DNA of 64,000 nucleotides, taken from NCBI GenBank assembly GCA_051942205.1, contig JAVECO010000121.1, positions 1 through 64,000 of the forward strand, written 5' to 3'. Below the pieces are notes generated by a model. It did no database searches. It worked only from the letters and a program-made list of their open reading frames with translations, and was not told the origin of the DNA. The first letter of the stretch is position 1. Every line of letters begins with the position of its first letter. The position numbers and the translations under genes were made by a program. The DNA is from Coniocarpon cinnabarinum (lineage: Eukaryota). Below, piece by piece: positions 12,082 through 23,721 of the stretch.

Positions 12082-12552
12082 TCGAGCGGATGCAGCCTCC
12101 AGGTTGGCGTTCGAGCAGAGACGAAACCTCGACGAAGCAAAGAGTAAGGTTTTGCTGGGCAGAGATCTTGAATTCGATCAATCAGGCGATCAGTTATTGT
12201 GGCAGATCATACTTCAGCGGTTGACGCGGACTCCTGGCGGAGTGTGACCGGCGGGGTAGCAACACGGACGAGTATACATAGCAAGTGGATGGTGGTGTGC
12301 AAAGACTGCGGTCGAACCGCAACACGTGCTGGAGGTGCAAGATGCAATTTTGCATCGGTTCCTACTGATACAATCTATGAAGAGAATCTGCCCGGTTGGC
12401 GTCTGGACATGAAGCTAGCCGCTCAAATGCTCAAGTCCGATCAGATACAACATCGGAAAAGTCATGTCCCATGCCCTCGCTGATAACATCAAGTCGTGCA
12501 TGGTGGATGAACCTGTCCACCATGTCGTGAGGCCTTCTCAATCGTACACCAC

Positions 12553-15500
12553 TCAACGACGGTCGTCCGCCGCCTGAAGATCAGGCAACGGCTTCTGCCG
12601 ATTGGCACTCAGTGCCGCTCGCTGCTTCTCCATCTCCAGTCTCCGCTTCAACTCTCGTGCCTCGTTGTCACGTTCCTTTAGTCGCTTGAGAGCCCCATCG
12701 CGATCCAGGATTCGCCCCTCTCGCTCTGCCCGAAGCTTTTTCTCCAGATCCTTCAATCTCAAGACCCACCGTTGCTCGCTCTGACTCAAGGCGGGTGAAT
12801 CATTGCCGTTGCTGGCGGGCGTTGGTGCTCTTGCAGGATCCATGTCTTGCACTTCAGGTACCGGCGCAGAGTGTTGTCGCTGCAGTGCTGTGCCTGGACG
12901 CACGCCCTCCCCAGTGACGCTGTTCTGACGTTTCGAGCGATATCCTGTTGGGCCAGCTAATTTCTTATATGTGCTCGGATTCATACGTTGACGTTCATGC
13001 TCAATGAGAGCAGCCTCTTGTGCGGCGCTATCAAGCTCATGCTGTGGCGACGGTAAACCAGGTAAGGCAAACGCGCCTTGTTTCAGTACCTTGAGCTCAC
13101 GACGCAGCAGACGATTCTCCTCCTTCAGTCGACCAAGCGCTGCAGAGGTATCAGAGATAGAACCTGTACCATCAACCGATCGCTGTGCAACCTGAGCCTC
13201 AAGATGTTCAAGGCGTTTTGTTCGACTGTCAAGATCGTCCGAGAGCGTCTCGAAACCTTTATGCATGTCCTTCTCTGTGGACCGTATTCGTGTGCGGAAC
13301 GTAGAGAGGGTTTGGGAAATGGTATCGAGTGCCATCGATAGTGGCGCATCGATTGAGCTGGGAGTCGTGGAAATGATATCAAACGTTGGGAGCTGCTGGT
13401 GTGTCACTTCTTCGAACTTCTCGAGCCACTCATCTCCACATAACGTTGATAATTGTGTCCAGAGGCTGAACAAAAGTTGATTGCGTTCACCGAGGGCATT
13501 GCTGTACTGATGCTCTAGTTCCTCAAGCCGAGCTTGGTCCTGAGCGTGGGCTTTTTCAAGCTCGCCTAGTCGACTATTACCTGTGGGACTTTGGCGAGCG
13601 CGTTCAAGTTCAGCCTGATCCTGCTTGCGACCTTGTTGCTCTTTCTCTAGCATTGTTGCAAGGCGCTCTCGTTCAGCCTCGCTGGATTCTAACAACATGA
13701 TGTGATCCTGCAAACGCGTATGCTTCTCGTCCAGGCCCCCCTTTGATTGCTCAAGATCTGCGCGACTGGATTCCAGGTCACGGCGTAGTCTGCTCACGTG
13801 CTTGAGTAGTACTGGCAGACTCTGCTCAACGCTATTAGTGGCTTGTCTGAGAGTGTTCCCGACCTCGTCAAGCGTTTCGCGATTGACTGTCGCTTCTTCC
13901 TCTATGGTCGAGAGTGACTTTCTCAGTCGTCGCGCTTCGTCACGAGCTTTTCTGGTCTCGGCCTCCATTTCCTCGAATTCACGCAGTCGCTCCTTTTCGT
14001 CTTGCAGATTTGTCTTCGCACGATTTACAGCAGATTGTAGATCGCTGATCTTGAGCTTGTCGGCCTCTTGCTCATCCCGCAAGAAAGCAATCTCGCTCTG
14101 GCTGGACTCTGCCTGCACCTCCAGGCGCTCCTTTGCAGCCAATGCGTCTCGAAGATTCTGTTGAGTAGCTTCGCATTCTCCGGTGGCTTCTGCAAGCTCC
14201 TGCTGTAGATTTTGAATAGCGGTATAGCCTCCCTCACTTTGATCTGCCACACGTGCAAGGCTTGCGCTGATGTCTTCAATCTCTTTCCCAAGCGCTTGTG
14301 ACTCGTCTTCTTTAGCTCTGAGCTCGGCAAGGAGCTGATTGACATCTTTGTCTCTTTGCTCCATCTGGTCTTCAAGACGATCAATTGCGTCGGCAGCAAA
14401 ATCGCGTTCCTCTTCGATTAGGATCAAAGCATCATCGCGTTCACGTCGCAAGTTTTCAAGATGCTCAGCACTGCCTGTTAGCATGTCTAATTCACTTTGC
14501 AAGTCTTGAATGCGCATGCGAAGCACAGCGTTCTCATCTCGTAAGCTTGCGTGTTTAGCCTCGTACTGTTCCTTTTCGCCTTCACTGAGGGCATCCGTTC
14601 TTTGCGAGCCGGCACGCGAAGGTGGACGCAGATTGTTTCGTGACACGGATCGATCCAATATGCTGTCACCTGAGGTTGACACCGGTCCAGATTGCAAGCC
14701 TTCGCCGCGCCGTTGCATCAACTTGAGGTCTTCGATCTCTTGCTGCAAGCGCTCGCGCTCACGGTTCCGCGATGTAAGCATAGAAGTCTGTGCACCAAGA
14801 TCTCTCCGGAGTTCAGTATTTTCCTGCTTCAACTGCTCCACCATAGTCGTCCCTGAAAGACTTGCCACGTCATGAGAGGTGGCTGACAACTTGGAAGGCG
14901 GACGGCCCTGCGCATCTTGATGATAGCCATTTGGTCGTTGACTCGGAGCTCGCATTGGCGACCGCTCAGTCCTCAATTTGGAGAGTTCCATACGCAATTG
15001 CTGAGCTTCTCGGTCTGCTCGCTCGCGACGTGTTCTCTCTTGTTCTAGCTCGTCCTTCAATAGTGCGCTGTGGTCACCCCCTGCCATCGACTTCACGTGA
15101 TCCGCAACACGTCGCTTTTCAAACTCACGTGCCACATCACTTTGTCGTAGTCGCTCGTTGTCTTCCTCGATGGCCTGCATCCTGTCGCGAAGGTATGCGA
15201 TCTCGTCTTCCAGTTGTGCTTGCTGCCAGGATTGTGAGCTTGCCAGATCTTCAGACTCAGATACAGTCCGGACAGCAGATAAGCCATCGTCCCTCGCTTT
15301 TGCCTCACGCTCGAGCACTTTCACGCGCTTGCGCAGGGCCTGATTATCTTTCTTTACCTTGATAATGTCGGTAGACAGTTGTGCATTCTTCGAGATGAGG
15401 TCTTTTACACCTTCGTCAGATCGATCTTGCAGTGCCTGGTAAAGGTAGTGGATCTTCAGTTTCAGGTCGAAATTTTCTTTCGACAGCTTGTCAATGCGGC

Positions 15501-17076
15501 CGTTTTGTTCCTTCAACGATAACTCGCCCTTCGTACGCGAGAATCTTAGAGATCCAAGCGGCTCGTTTCCTGATCCTAAGGACTGGGCTTCACGATAGTT
15601 GCGAGCAACTGTCGCAGGGACTTCGACGTTCCGAACGTTGCGGGCGAGCACAGTGTCACGGGGCTCTAACGGACTAGTCGAACGTCCTGCAGGAGTTTCT
15701 ATTGGAGTCTGGGTTCTCGACTTGTGTTCAGCAACGGGCGTCAGATTGGTCTCTTGGGCTGCCACAGGCAAGCCACTTGCATGCTTTCTTTTGCGCTGGC
15801 TTGCCGAAGGTTCTGTGTTTGCAGACATGGTGGATGCTACACTTCCAAGACTTGGAAGCCTAGACAATTCGTAACCAGGCCGGACTGTGGATAGGCTACC
15901 CGGGGTACCACCTCCGCTTCCTGTGAAAGCTAGGTCGCTGCCAGCGTCATTTGACAAGAAAGACGACGCGGAAGATCGCTGGCTGGCTTGGCGGCTCTTC
16001 AAGTAGCTCGGTCTCTTGACTGTTGACATCCTGGGTTGTTCATGAGACTGCTCGTGTTCCTCGGGTAAGTCAAACTTGTCTCGCGTGTCCTCTTCGTCTC
16101 CAACTTCTTGACGATCTTCTTCTGACGCCGCCCTCTCATCAGGCTTTGATTCCGACAGACTGAGCTGCTCATGAGGCGCACTTGACGGCCGCTCGACATC
16201 GTCACGGTGTCCTTGAGACTCGAGACTGGAAATCTCTTTTGAGGGTGTCAATGCCAGCGTTGTGGCATTGCGTAAGGGGTTGAAGCCAGCCGCTGCTCGT
16301 AGCCTGCTCCTTTGCGCTGCCGCGGCAGATGGTGACGAAAGAGAATGATGCGCCCGAGGTTGTGGCGGCTCTTCCTCGAGGTCTTCAGGCTTTTCTTCTG
16401 ATATGCGGTACGTGTGCCGGATCGTCATTGGTCGAGTTTGCGCCGGAGGGCTTCTCAGCGTCTGCTGGTATCCACTGGACCCGGAATCCAAAAAGGTTGA
16501 TTCTGCGCCGGATTCTTGCTGTGCACCCCGCTCTTCAAAGGCACTCGCAGGTTGACTGTCTGGATGTTGCGGGGGAGATCGCCATCCGAGCGACTCGTGA
16601 TGGCTGGGCAGAAAGGAGGACTCCATATCCATCAGCTTCCTCTTCATGTACCGCTCATCCAGCTCAGAGGTGTCGCTGTAAATCTCGTGACGATTGTGAA
16701 CTTCAGTAGCCATGCCCTCTTCGCCAATCGATACACCATACTGTAACTCACGCATGGGCAACGGGGAAGTCAAGTCTCTGGTAGGTGAGCGATTATCCAG
16801 GACGGGTTCATAGGTAGAAGCCGGCGAGGACTGTGGGTTTAAGGGCAGTCGCGTCGTGGAGTGGGATTCACGGGGCACATGGAGGGGGTGGTAGTCATGT
16901 TCGGCCTCCAATGCTTGGTCGGTGTCGGGAGGTGGCTCTTCTCCGTCGAGAGGTTTGAGTTTGGGAGAGGAAGCGAGGATGCGGCTGAAGGGGCGACTGG
17001 AGCGACGAGGAGAGGGGGAGTCGGGCTTGGAGCGAAAGATGGAGGACCGGACCTTCTCGAGACGCGAGGAGCTCAT
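12553..17076 (-). CDS. apsB: Mto1/ApsB-type gamma-tubulin complex receptor (MTOC coiled-coil protein), 1507 aa
   Basis: CM1/centrosomin motif LSLKEQNGRIDKLSKENFDLKLKIHYL, long coiled coil, and C-terminal WVLRLKDLEKKLRAEREGR motif typical of Mto1/ApsB. Confidence 0.85.
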   Translation of the reverse strand: MSSSRLEKVRSSIFRSKPDSPSPRRSSRPFSRILASSPKLKPLDGEEPPPDTDQALEAEHDYHPLHVPRESHSTTRLPLNPQSSPASTYEPVLDNRSPTRDLTSPLPMRELQYGVSIGEEGMATEVHNRHEIYSDTSELDERYMKRKLMDMESSFLPSHHESLGWRSPPQHPDSQPASAFEERGAQQESGAESTFLDSGSSGYQQTLRSPPAQTRPMTIRHTYRISEEKPEDLEEEPPQPRAHHSLSSPSAAAAQRSRLRAAAGFNPLRNATTLALTPSKEISSLESQGHRDDVERPSSAPHEQLSLSESKPDERAASEEDRQEVGDEEDTRDKFDLPEEHEQSHEQPRMSTVKRPSYLKSRQASQRSSASSFLSNDAGSDLAFTGSGGGTPGSLSTVRPGYELSRLPSLGSVASTMSANTEPSASQRKRKHASGLPVAAQETNLTPVAEHKSRTQTPIETPAGRSTSPLEPRDTVLARNVRNVEVPATVARNYREAQSLGSGNEPLGSLRFSRTKGELSLKEQNGRIDKLSKENFDLKLKIHYLYQALQDRSDEGVKDLISKNAQLSTDIIKVKKDNQALRKRVKVLEREAKARDDGLSAVRTVSESEDLASSQSWQQAQLEDEIAYLRDRMQAIEEDNERLRQSDVAREFEKRRVADHVKSMAGGDHSALLKDELEQERTRRERADREAQQLRMELSKLRTERSPMRAPSQRPNGYHQDAQGRPPSKLSATSHDVASLSGTTMVEQLKQENTELRRDLGAQTSMLTSRNRERERLQQEIEDLKLMQRRGEGLQSGPVSTSGDSILDRSVSRNNLRPPSRAGSQRTDALSEGEKEQYEAKHASLRDENAVLRMRIQDLQSELDMLTGSAEHLENLRRERDDALILIEEERDFAADAIDRLEDQMEQRDKDVNQLLAELRAKEDESQALGKEIEDISASLARVADQSEGGYTAIQNLQQELAEATGECEATQQNLRDALAAKERLEVQAESSQSEIAFLRDEQEADKLKISDLQSAVNRAKTNLQDEKERLREFEEMEAETRKARDEARRLRKSLSTIEEEATVNRETLDEVGNTLRQATNSVEQSLPVLLKHVSRLRRDLESSRADLEQSKGGLDEKHTRLQDHIMLLESSEAERERLATMLEKEQQGRKQDQAELERARQSPTGNSRLGELEKAHAQDQARLEELEHQYSNALGERNQLLFSLWTQLSTLCGDEWLEKFEEVTHQQLPTFDIISTTPSSIDAPLSMALDTISQTLSTFRTRIRSTEKDMHKGFETLSDDLDSRTKRLEHLEAQVAQRSVDGTGSISDTSAALGRLKEENRLLRRELKVLKQGAFALPGLPSPQHELDSAAQEAALIEHERQRMNPSTYKKLAGPTGYRSKRQNSVTGEGVRPGTALQRQHSAPVPEVQDMDPARAPTPASNGNDSPALSQSEQRWVLRLKDLEKKLRAEREGRILDRDGALKRLKERDNEARELKRRLEMEKQRAALSANRQKPLPDLQAADDRR

Positions 17077-18011
17077 GGTGGAGCAGTGTGCGGTAGGTCA
17101 CCTGCAAGTCGGCTTGCAGTGCGGCTGCAGGACGCGCTAGCCGTGCGGATGGGAGAGGGAAGTGATCGCCGTGGTCGGGAGGGTGGAGGTGAGCATTGCT
17201 CTAGGCTGCACCCGCAATGGCTGACGGAGGGTGTGAGTAGCCGGTGGAGGGACTAGTGAGGGTTGTCTGTCAGCAATGGAGCACTGAACGGTGCAAGAGG
17301 GAGCGGAATTGGAGATGTAGGCAGAGGACGCGGTGCAAGAGTAAGGTAGGACGCGATCTAGAGATGCAGGAACAAAAAGTGACAAGCTAGTGTGTGTAAA
17401 GTGTAGTGGCCAGCGACGCGAAACGCAAACCCTTGCTGAGCCGAGTGCTGCATTAGCGCCCTGCCAAGCGGGGCCGGGGAGGGGAAGCACGGGGCATCAC
17501 AGGGCATCGTAGGGCGGGTTCCCACTAATGATAGCGGCCTCCAGCCCAAACCAGCCCCAACCAGCCCCCCTTGGACCCCTAAAGTATGAAGTGAGTGAGC
17601 TCGTGGGAAGCCTGCGTGCCTGCGTAGCAATCTCGATGATTCATCAGACCAGCTTCAACAGATTAGTTCGACCATCCCCACGTAGCGCTCGCAAACGACG
17701 CTCGGCAGCTTCCATCTCTGCACCAAATGTTCCTGTGCACTGAAGTAGCTTGCGCGTTGACCAACCTGTGCCGAACCCGGTGGTACGTAGCGTCGAGCTC
17801 GAACCGCGCCGTCTTCCAGAAGCTTTCTTTTACTCTAAATTCACATGCTCAACAATTTAATAAGATACTACTATTTTGGTTTAGAATAAATATCTACATG
17901 CATATACCAAGCGGACGAAGACTAACAGAGTGATGCAATTATGATGTGCTTCGCACAGCTTATTCTACCACACTAAGTATCTTAATAATTTAGATAATAA
18001 AAATTTACTAT

Positions 18012-19040
18012 CTACTGCGCGAGGCGAGGAAACAGTTTTCCTGCTGCATGACCCTTAATCCCTCGGCGATGGTGCTCAGTCAAGACCTTATTGTCCTCAA
18101 GCTGCTTGGAGATGAATTTGATGGCTTCGTCAGGAGCGTTGGGAAAGTCAGAACCAAAAAGAATATGATCGGGCTTCGCGATCGCCTGCAGCGCAGCCAA
18201 CTGACCGTCCCCGCTCGTCAACGCGGTGTCAAAGTAGAATCGACCGGCATCTTCGAGAATCTCCGCCCTGGACTTGTTGATACCGAATTGCGTGAAAGGC
18301 ATAAGGTCCGATACACGGTTGACGAGCATCGGGAGCGTCCCACCCCCGTGTGAGAGGATAATCTTGCAGTCTGGAGCATGGTCGCGCAACCGATTGGACA
18401 CGATCAAATCAATCGCGGTGCGACCAGACTCGTGCGGGTAGTCAAAGGCCGGCTGCGGCAGAAGAGGGTTGACGAGGGCGGTGTCCACGCCATGCGTAGG
18501 ATGGACGAAGATGACGGCACCACGTGCGTTCAACTCCTTCCAGACCGGCACGAAGTCCTTGTGGCCAAGGTAGTGATTGTCTGCGCCGTAGCGGGTCATC
18601 AGGATGATGCCGTCGGCTTTCAGCTCATCGAGGGCAAAGCGAATTTCCTCGATGCAACGCTTGGTGTCGAGCAAGGACGGGACTGAGGCGAAGAAGCCAT
18701 AGTGTTTAGGGTCGTTGTCACGTATGTGAGCATTGAATTGGTTGAGCTGCCGGGCGAAGGAAGCTTGTTCGGTGGGGTCCTTTTTAACCTCCGGTCCAGG
18801 TGCTGTTGCTGAGAGAATAGCGGTACGTACGCCGATTTGCCTGCAGAGTTCTTGGTCTGACTCGATCGTCCATTGAGGAACATACCATCCAGAGGGATCA
18901 CCTCCAGCTTCTTCGAGGGCTATCAACTTACGTTAATGAAGGTATGCATTATGCTAGACTAACGACCCGTCTTGTAAATCGCATTTACCTTTGGTATATA
19001 GTGGGGCGTACACGTGATGGTGAACATCAATAAAAGACAT
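18012..19040 (-). CDS. Amidohydrolase-2 family aromatic-acid decarboxylase (6-methylsalicylate/orsellinate decarboxylase-like); 2 exons
   Basis: Exon 1 MSFIDVHHHVYAP carries the HxH metal motif. Other motifs: IFVHP, ILSHGGGTLP, FYFDTA and ILFGSDFP. Confidence 0.9.
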
Positions 19041-19107
19041 TGTTGCTCTTAGTGTAACCCCCTGGAAAGCAGAAACAAGCAAAATATTCTTGATACTTAT
19101 GCTTGTA

Positions 19108-19184
19108 GGAATCCTAGGGATCCGAGAGATCCGAGGAAAACAAACAATCGAAGGAATCCGAGGAATCCGAGGGATTCGAGGGAT
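19108..19184. repeat. Two triplets of a 9-bp tandem repeat, consensus GG(A/G)ATCCGA
   Basis: GGAATCCTA-GGGATCCGA-GAGATCCGA (19108-19134) and GGAATCCGA-GGAATCCGA-GGGATTCGA-GGGAT (19153-19184). Confidence 0.85.
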
Positions 19185-19246
19185 GTATGTATGTACTCTT
19201 AATTACACCCGCGCCGACAGCACCAAGCGCCCCCTGCCAATGCCCT

Positions 19247-20485
19247 CTACCCGCTCTTCACCAGCTCGTCAAACTGCTTTCGCACCTCCGCCGGGTCGTC
19301 AAACACGTACCAAAGGTCCTTACTCAGCCCTTCAAACGCCTTTGCGAACCTCTCCGGCCTGTTGCGCTCTTCGTCTCCCCGTCCGGGCAGGATGTCGTCG
19401 CCGGGCTCTACCACGTTCTTGGCACGCCGGATAAAGATCTTGCGTATCCACCCCGGATGCTTCTTGGCCATCTCTGCGTACGCCTCTGGGTCTGTCTGCG
19501 TGCTGTCGCCCAGGCAGATGAACTTCCGCTTTGGCCAGAGCCTATAGATGTTTTGTTCCATCTTGTCCACCTTGTACTCCTGTGTGCCCTTGTTGACGCT
19601 CCGGAGAAAGTTGTCGACATTGTGCCAGCTGGCATTGCGTAGCTCGAGCGTGCCTCGTGGGTAATACTGGTCCCGAAAGTCGTGCAGGAATTGATACAGG
19701 TTGTATGGGGAGGCGCTGAGGTACCAGAAGGGCGGCCTCTTCAGCGTATCACTCATGTGCCGATACAGCTCTGGCATTCCAGTGATGGGTTGTGGCTTGT
19801 CTAGGAACGTGCTCTTGAGGATACCAGCCACATGATCAGTCAACGTGACCTTGATGGTGTCGTCGATATCGCTGATGACCGCCCAGCCCTCGGGCGCCGC
19901 ATACGTGGTGTACGAATGCACCTGCTCGACGCCCCCTGTTGCAGCTGCTCGCGTCAATTCGCCGTCGCCGAACTGACCGTCCACCGTGATGTCGTTGCGC
20001 GCCACACCGTTCTCATCGGATGGACCGATCTCGTGTTCTGCGACTGCGGAACCCTCAACCTCGCCTTCTGTTGCAGGAGGCACCTTGCGCACTCGAATCT
20101 CTACCTTGCGACCTTCCACCACTTCCCTAAAAAAGGGGAGCACGCGATCTTCGACACGTTTGCGATCTTGCTCAGCATCCTCAGCCTTGTTGCTCAGAAA
20201 GCCAGCTTTCTGCATCTCTTCAACAATGTGGGAGACTAGTTGCTGTCCGATCTTGCCCGAGTTGCGGGTAAAGAACGCTGCCACCATAGAGTAATGCCAC
20301 TTGCTTGGGTCGCCTGCATCTTGTGCAGCGGTGTTGTCGAGCAGCCATACAATATCTGTGGGAGCGTTGGGATCTGTAGCCTTTGGATGCGCGGGAAATT
20401 CCGAGGTGGCGCCCGCGAAAGGATTGATGGCGTCGGGTATAGGGTTGGGAACTTTGGAGGCGATGCTATTGATGATCGAAGCCAT
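19247..20485 (-). CDS. App1-like phosphatidate phosphatase (HAD-like, DxDxT)
   Basis: Catalytic motif WAVISDIDDTIKVT, plus FWYLSASPYNLY and RKFICLGDSTQTDPEAY...WIRKIFIR; single exon. Confidence 0.88.
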   Translation of the reverse strand: MASIINSIASKVPNPIPDAINPFAGATSEFPAHPKATDPNAPTDIVWLLDNTAAQDAGDPSKWHYSMVAAFFTRNSGKIGQQLVSHIVEEMQKAGFLSNKAEDAEQDRKRVEDRVLPFFREVVEGRKVEIRVRKVPPATEGEVEGSAVAEHEIGPSDENGVARNDITVDGQFGDGELTRAAATGGVEQVHSYTTYAAPEGWAVISDIDDTIKVTLTDHVAGILKSTFLDKPQPITGMPELYRHMSDTLKRPPFWYLSASPYNLYQFLHDFRDQYYPRGTLELRNASWHNVDNFLRSVNKGTQEYKVDKMEQNIYRLWPKRKFICLGDSTQTDPEAYAEMAKKHPGWIRKIFIRRAKNVVEPGDDILPGRGDEERNRPERFAKAFEGLSKDLWYVFDDPAEVRKQFDELVKSG

Positions 20486-20951
20486 TTCCACGAGTTCGCT
20501 GAAGCTGAACAGGACTTTTCACGGAGCGAACAAGCTACGCCCACCTTTGAAATATTGACGTCAATTGTCGGAGCTGTGTGCCGATCTGCTGAAGGCTGCT
20601 GTTAGAAGGCCCGAACCTGACAGAAATCGGTGTGGGACGGTAATTGGCTTTGCGAGCGGCTTCGGATGGGGCTCTAAGTAGGTGGAGATACATCCATCAT
20701 CCGTGGAGCGCATGAAGATGCAGCAGCAGGGGTGGACGGCTGACGAGGCAAGATCAGCAGGAACAGCACATGGCCAGACCCCACCACGTCCACCACCCGC
20801 CCCCATCCATGGTCAGCAGCATGCACAGCCCTCCAGCTTACCGGCTCTGCAACACACACCAACACACACCCTCTCTCACAGCAGGCCCGGTGCGCGCAAG
20901 TGCTCGGCGCTCTGTGTCGCGCGGACCAGCACACACCAGCGGCAGCTCTGT

Positions 20952-22905
20952 CTACTGCTTCGCATTGTTTCTCGCGCTGGCTTCGGCCGTCATTTGCAGA
21001 GCCATCGGCGCATCGTCTTTCGGCATGTGCACTTCCACAACCTTCAGCACATCGGGCTCTCCAAAGGTCTTGTCATCCAGCGCTTTCGTGACGTCATCTT
21101 TGGTCTTGAGCTGATACGCCTTGAATGAAGCTGGTGGAGCGCCGAAGGCTGTTGGCAGATCGCAGTACTTCCACTCTCCGACGTCATTGTACGCGGCGTC
21201 CATACCGTGAATGAAGCGCTCGATGGTGTAACCTTCATTGCAGATAACAAAAAGCACGGGAGTTAGTTTCAGTCGGATCATCGTGCTCAGCTCTTGCGCT
21301 GTCAATTGCATCGAGCCCTCGCCAGTGAAGAGGATCGTTCGCCTGTTGCCCTCTTCTCTTCCTGCCAGCGCGGCGCCCTGGGTGCAGCCGAAGGCAAAGC
21401 CAATGCTGCCCCATAGCACTTGACTAATTCCTATCGCGCCTTTCTTGAACAGCACCTCCCAGATGCCGTAGCTGCTGGTGCCTGTCTCGCTAATGATGAT
21501 GTCGTTGTCACGCATGAAGTTGCTAAGCCGAGGCCAAAGCCATTCATGCGTCATGGTCTGATCGCCGGGCTTGCCCTCCGGTAACGATCGATACACGGGC
21601 GGGATAGGAGTGACGTTGATTTTACCGAGCTGCTGCGTCACCTTTCGAAGAACACCGTTCATACGGCAATTCTGGTAGACAGAGAACTTGACCTGAATAT
21701 GAAAGCTATGGAAGTCAATCGAATTCAGCTGACTGGTGCGGTAAGTGAAGCCAGCAGTATTGAAATCGGACTTGATTGCACCAACTGGACCTAAGTGTCA
21801 GTGTGAAATGCCCTTACGATGGCACAGATTAGACAGGTGACGACCCACTAGACAGAACCAAATCTGATGACTCGACGGCTTCGCGAACCGCAGGATGCGA
21901 GCCATCACCAGCGTACACACCACCGTAGTTTGGCAGCGTCTCGTCCACAGCGCCTTTACCCATCGGGGCAACAAAAGTTGGTAAGCCAGACTTTGTAACA
22001 AGCTCCCTCGTCTGGATTGTTGTCAGTCGAATAAGCTTTTTGCATGCAGTACGGCCGTAGTGATCCTACCTCGTCAAGTGCGCGATGGCGAATGGCACAT
22101 GCGTCGACAAGAATGACGGCTCTCTTGGCTTCACGCAAGTGCTTCAGTACGACCGAGACCGCGTAGTCTTCTTGATCCTTATCATTGGGAGGATAGCTCA
22201 GATCAATGGGCTTTTCAAGTCGCTGACCCTCCACCTTTTTGGTGACCATGTCTGTTGGCAATGCTATGTAGACTGCAAGAAGTAGCAAATCAGCTTCCAA
22301 CACTTGGACTTGAGTCGGCGAACATACCTGGACGGCTTTGAATGTAGCATTGGCGGATGGCATGGTCAATGAGTTCAGCGGCATTCAACGGATCTCGAAG
22401 ACTGGAAACTGCACATGAAATGTTGGCACTCATGCTCTCAAATACTTTAAAGTCGCCGTTGCCGAGTGTATGGTGCAAGAGCATTCCATCCGCTTGAGAC
22501 AATGTCGATGGCGTGCCAACAATATGAACGACGGGCACGTATTCGGCATACGATCCAGCAATACCATTCAAAGCGCTGAGCTCACCGACGCCAAAGGTAG
22601 TGATCATGGCGCCAATGCCCTTCACGCGGGCGTAGCCGTCCGCACTGCAGAGGTCAGCGCAACTCCAGAAGTTTGTTAACGTGGAGCTTGTCTCAGGGTC
22701 CAACTGACGAGTAAGAAGCGTTCAGCTCATTGCAATTGCCCACCCACTTTAAGCCGGCTTGCGGTAAATAGTCCAGAGCCACGAGGTTGTAGTCCCCAGG
22801 CACGCCGTGGACTGATCGTATGCCAACTTCATGCAGACGTTTGAAAAGATATTCCGCAACATCCATCGGCTGTCTCAAGGATGAGTTTCGAATGTCCAAT
22901 GCCAT
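20952..22905 (-). CDS. PDC1: Pyruvate decarboxylase (TPP-dependent); multi-exon
   Basis: [71 protein letters not shown], and the TPP motif GEGSMQLT...NEGYTIER. Confidence 0.96.
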
Positions 22906-23721
22906 CTTGAACTTGAGATGATGCGAGAGCGTCTTTTGTAAATCTTGATGTAAATGTTGGCCGTTTCAATAAACGAGAGAGCTTTCTCTAAGATTAGCAG
23001 CGACGAAGAAGGAAAGCACGGGTAGCACAGGAAGTCAGTGATTGAAATAAGGCATCGATTGTCTACAGCAGGAGCGGATTGCTGCCGGTGAAGGCAGCTT
23101 TGTGAGCGTGTTCCGGGCGCTTCCGGGCGTAAATGCGGCTTCTTGAGCACGCTAACGCAGGCGAACTCAAGTATACGTCTCAATGGGGGAACACTACGAA
23201 GCGCACAAGTATGACTGGCGTGGCTGAGAAAGACCTTTTCGCCTGCTGTTGCATTTCATCTAGTAAAGGCGGTGCACGGGTCAATTCAGCCAAGAAAGAG
23301 CGGGATCTCCGAGAGATGCGGAGACATGTTTCCGAGCGCAGACCTCCGCCGTGGAGCGGATGGGGGCGGGACAGGAGCCCGGAGTGAGCTGCCACCCTGC
23401 CCGGTCCCCCGAGTGGCGAAGGTCTGAATTGGAATTGCCGGACTTGGCGAGGGTGGAGGGCCAGTGCACGCCCGCTCACAGACCACCAACCAACCTGCTC
23501 TTCTCATCCTGCGCCTTCACCAGCACCAGCCTCTCCATCCCTCCTCCGCGTCGCCAACCACCCCTCTGACCCGACATGCTTTGCCCGTCGCTGGGCCACT
23601 TCCATGGTTCTCGCCAAGCGCTGACCCACTGAGCCAGACAATGCTGCCCACGTCACGACCGCCGATAGTGGGGAGGTCGCTCCCAGCCTGAAGGTAGTCA
23701 CGACGCACCGGCTCCGCAGCA

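Noticed and set aside
17130..17425. Several GACGCG / CGCGAAA cores upstream of apsB as cell-cycle elements
   Set aside because: Only partial matches in a GC-rich region, so chance occurrence cannot be excluded.
17830..18010. AT-rich patch as a possible RIPed element remnant
   Set aside because: Short, retains CpA/TpG dinucleotides, and lies directly 3' of the amidohydrolase stop; more likely 3' UTR or terminator sequence.
20830..20954. Stop-codon readthrough or cryptic PTS1 on pyruvate decarboxylase
   Set aside because: The stop is TAG ACA rather than a TGA CTA readthrough context, and the in-frame extension does not end in an SKL-like tripeptide.
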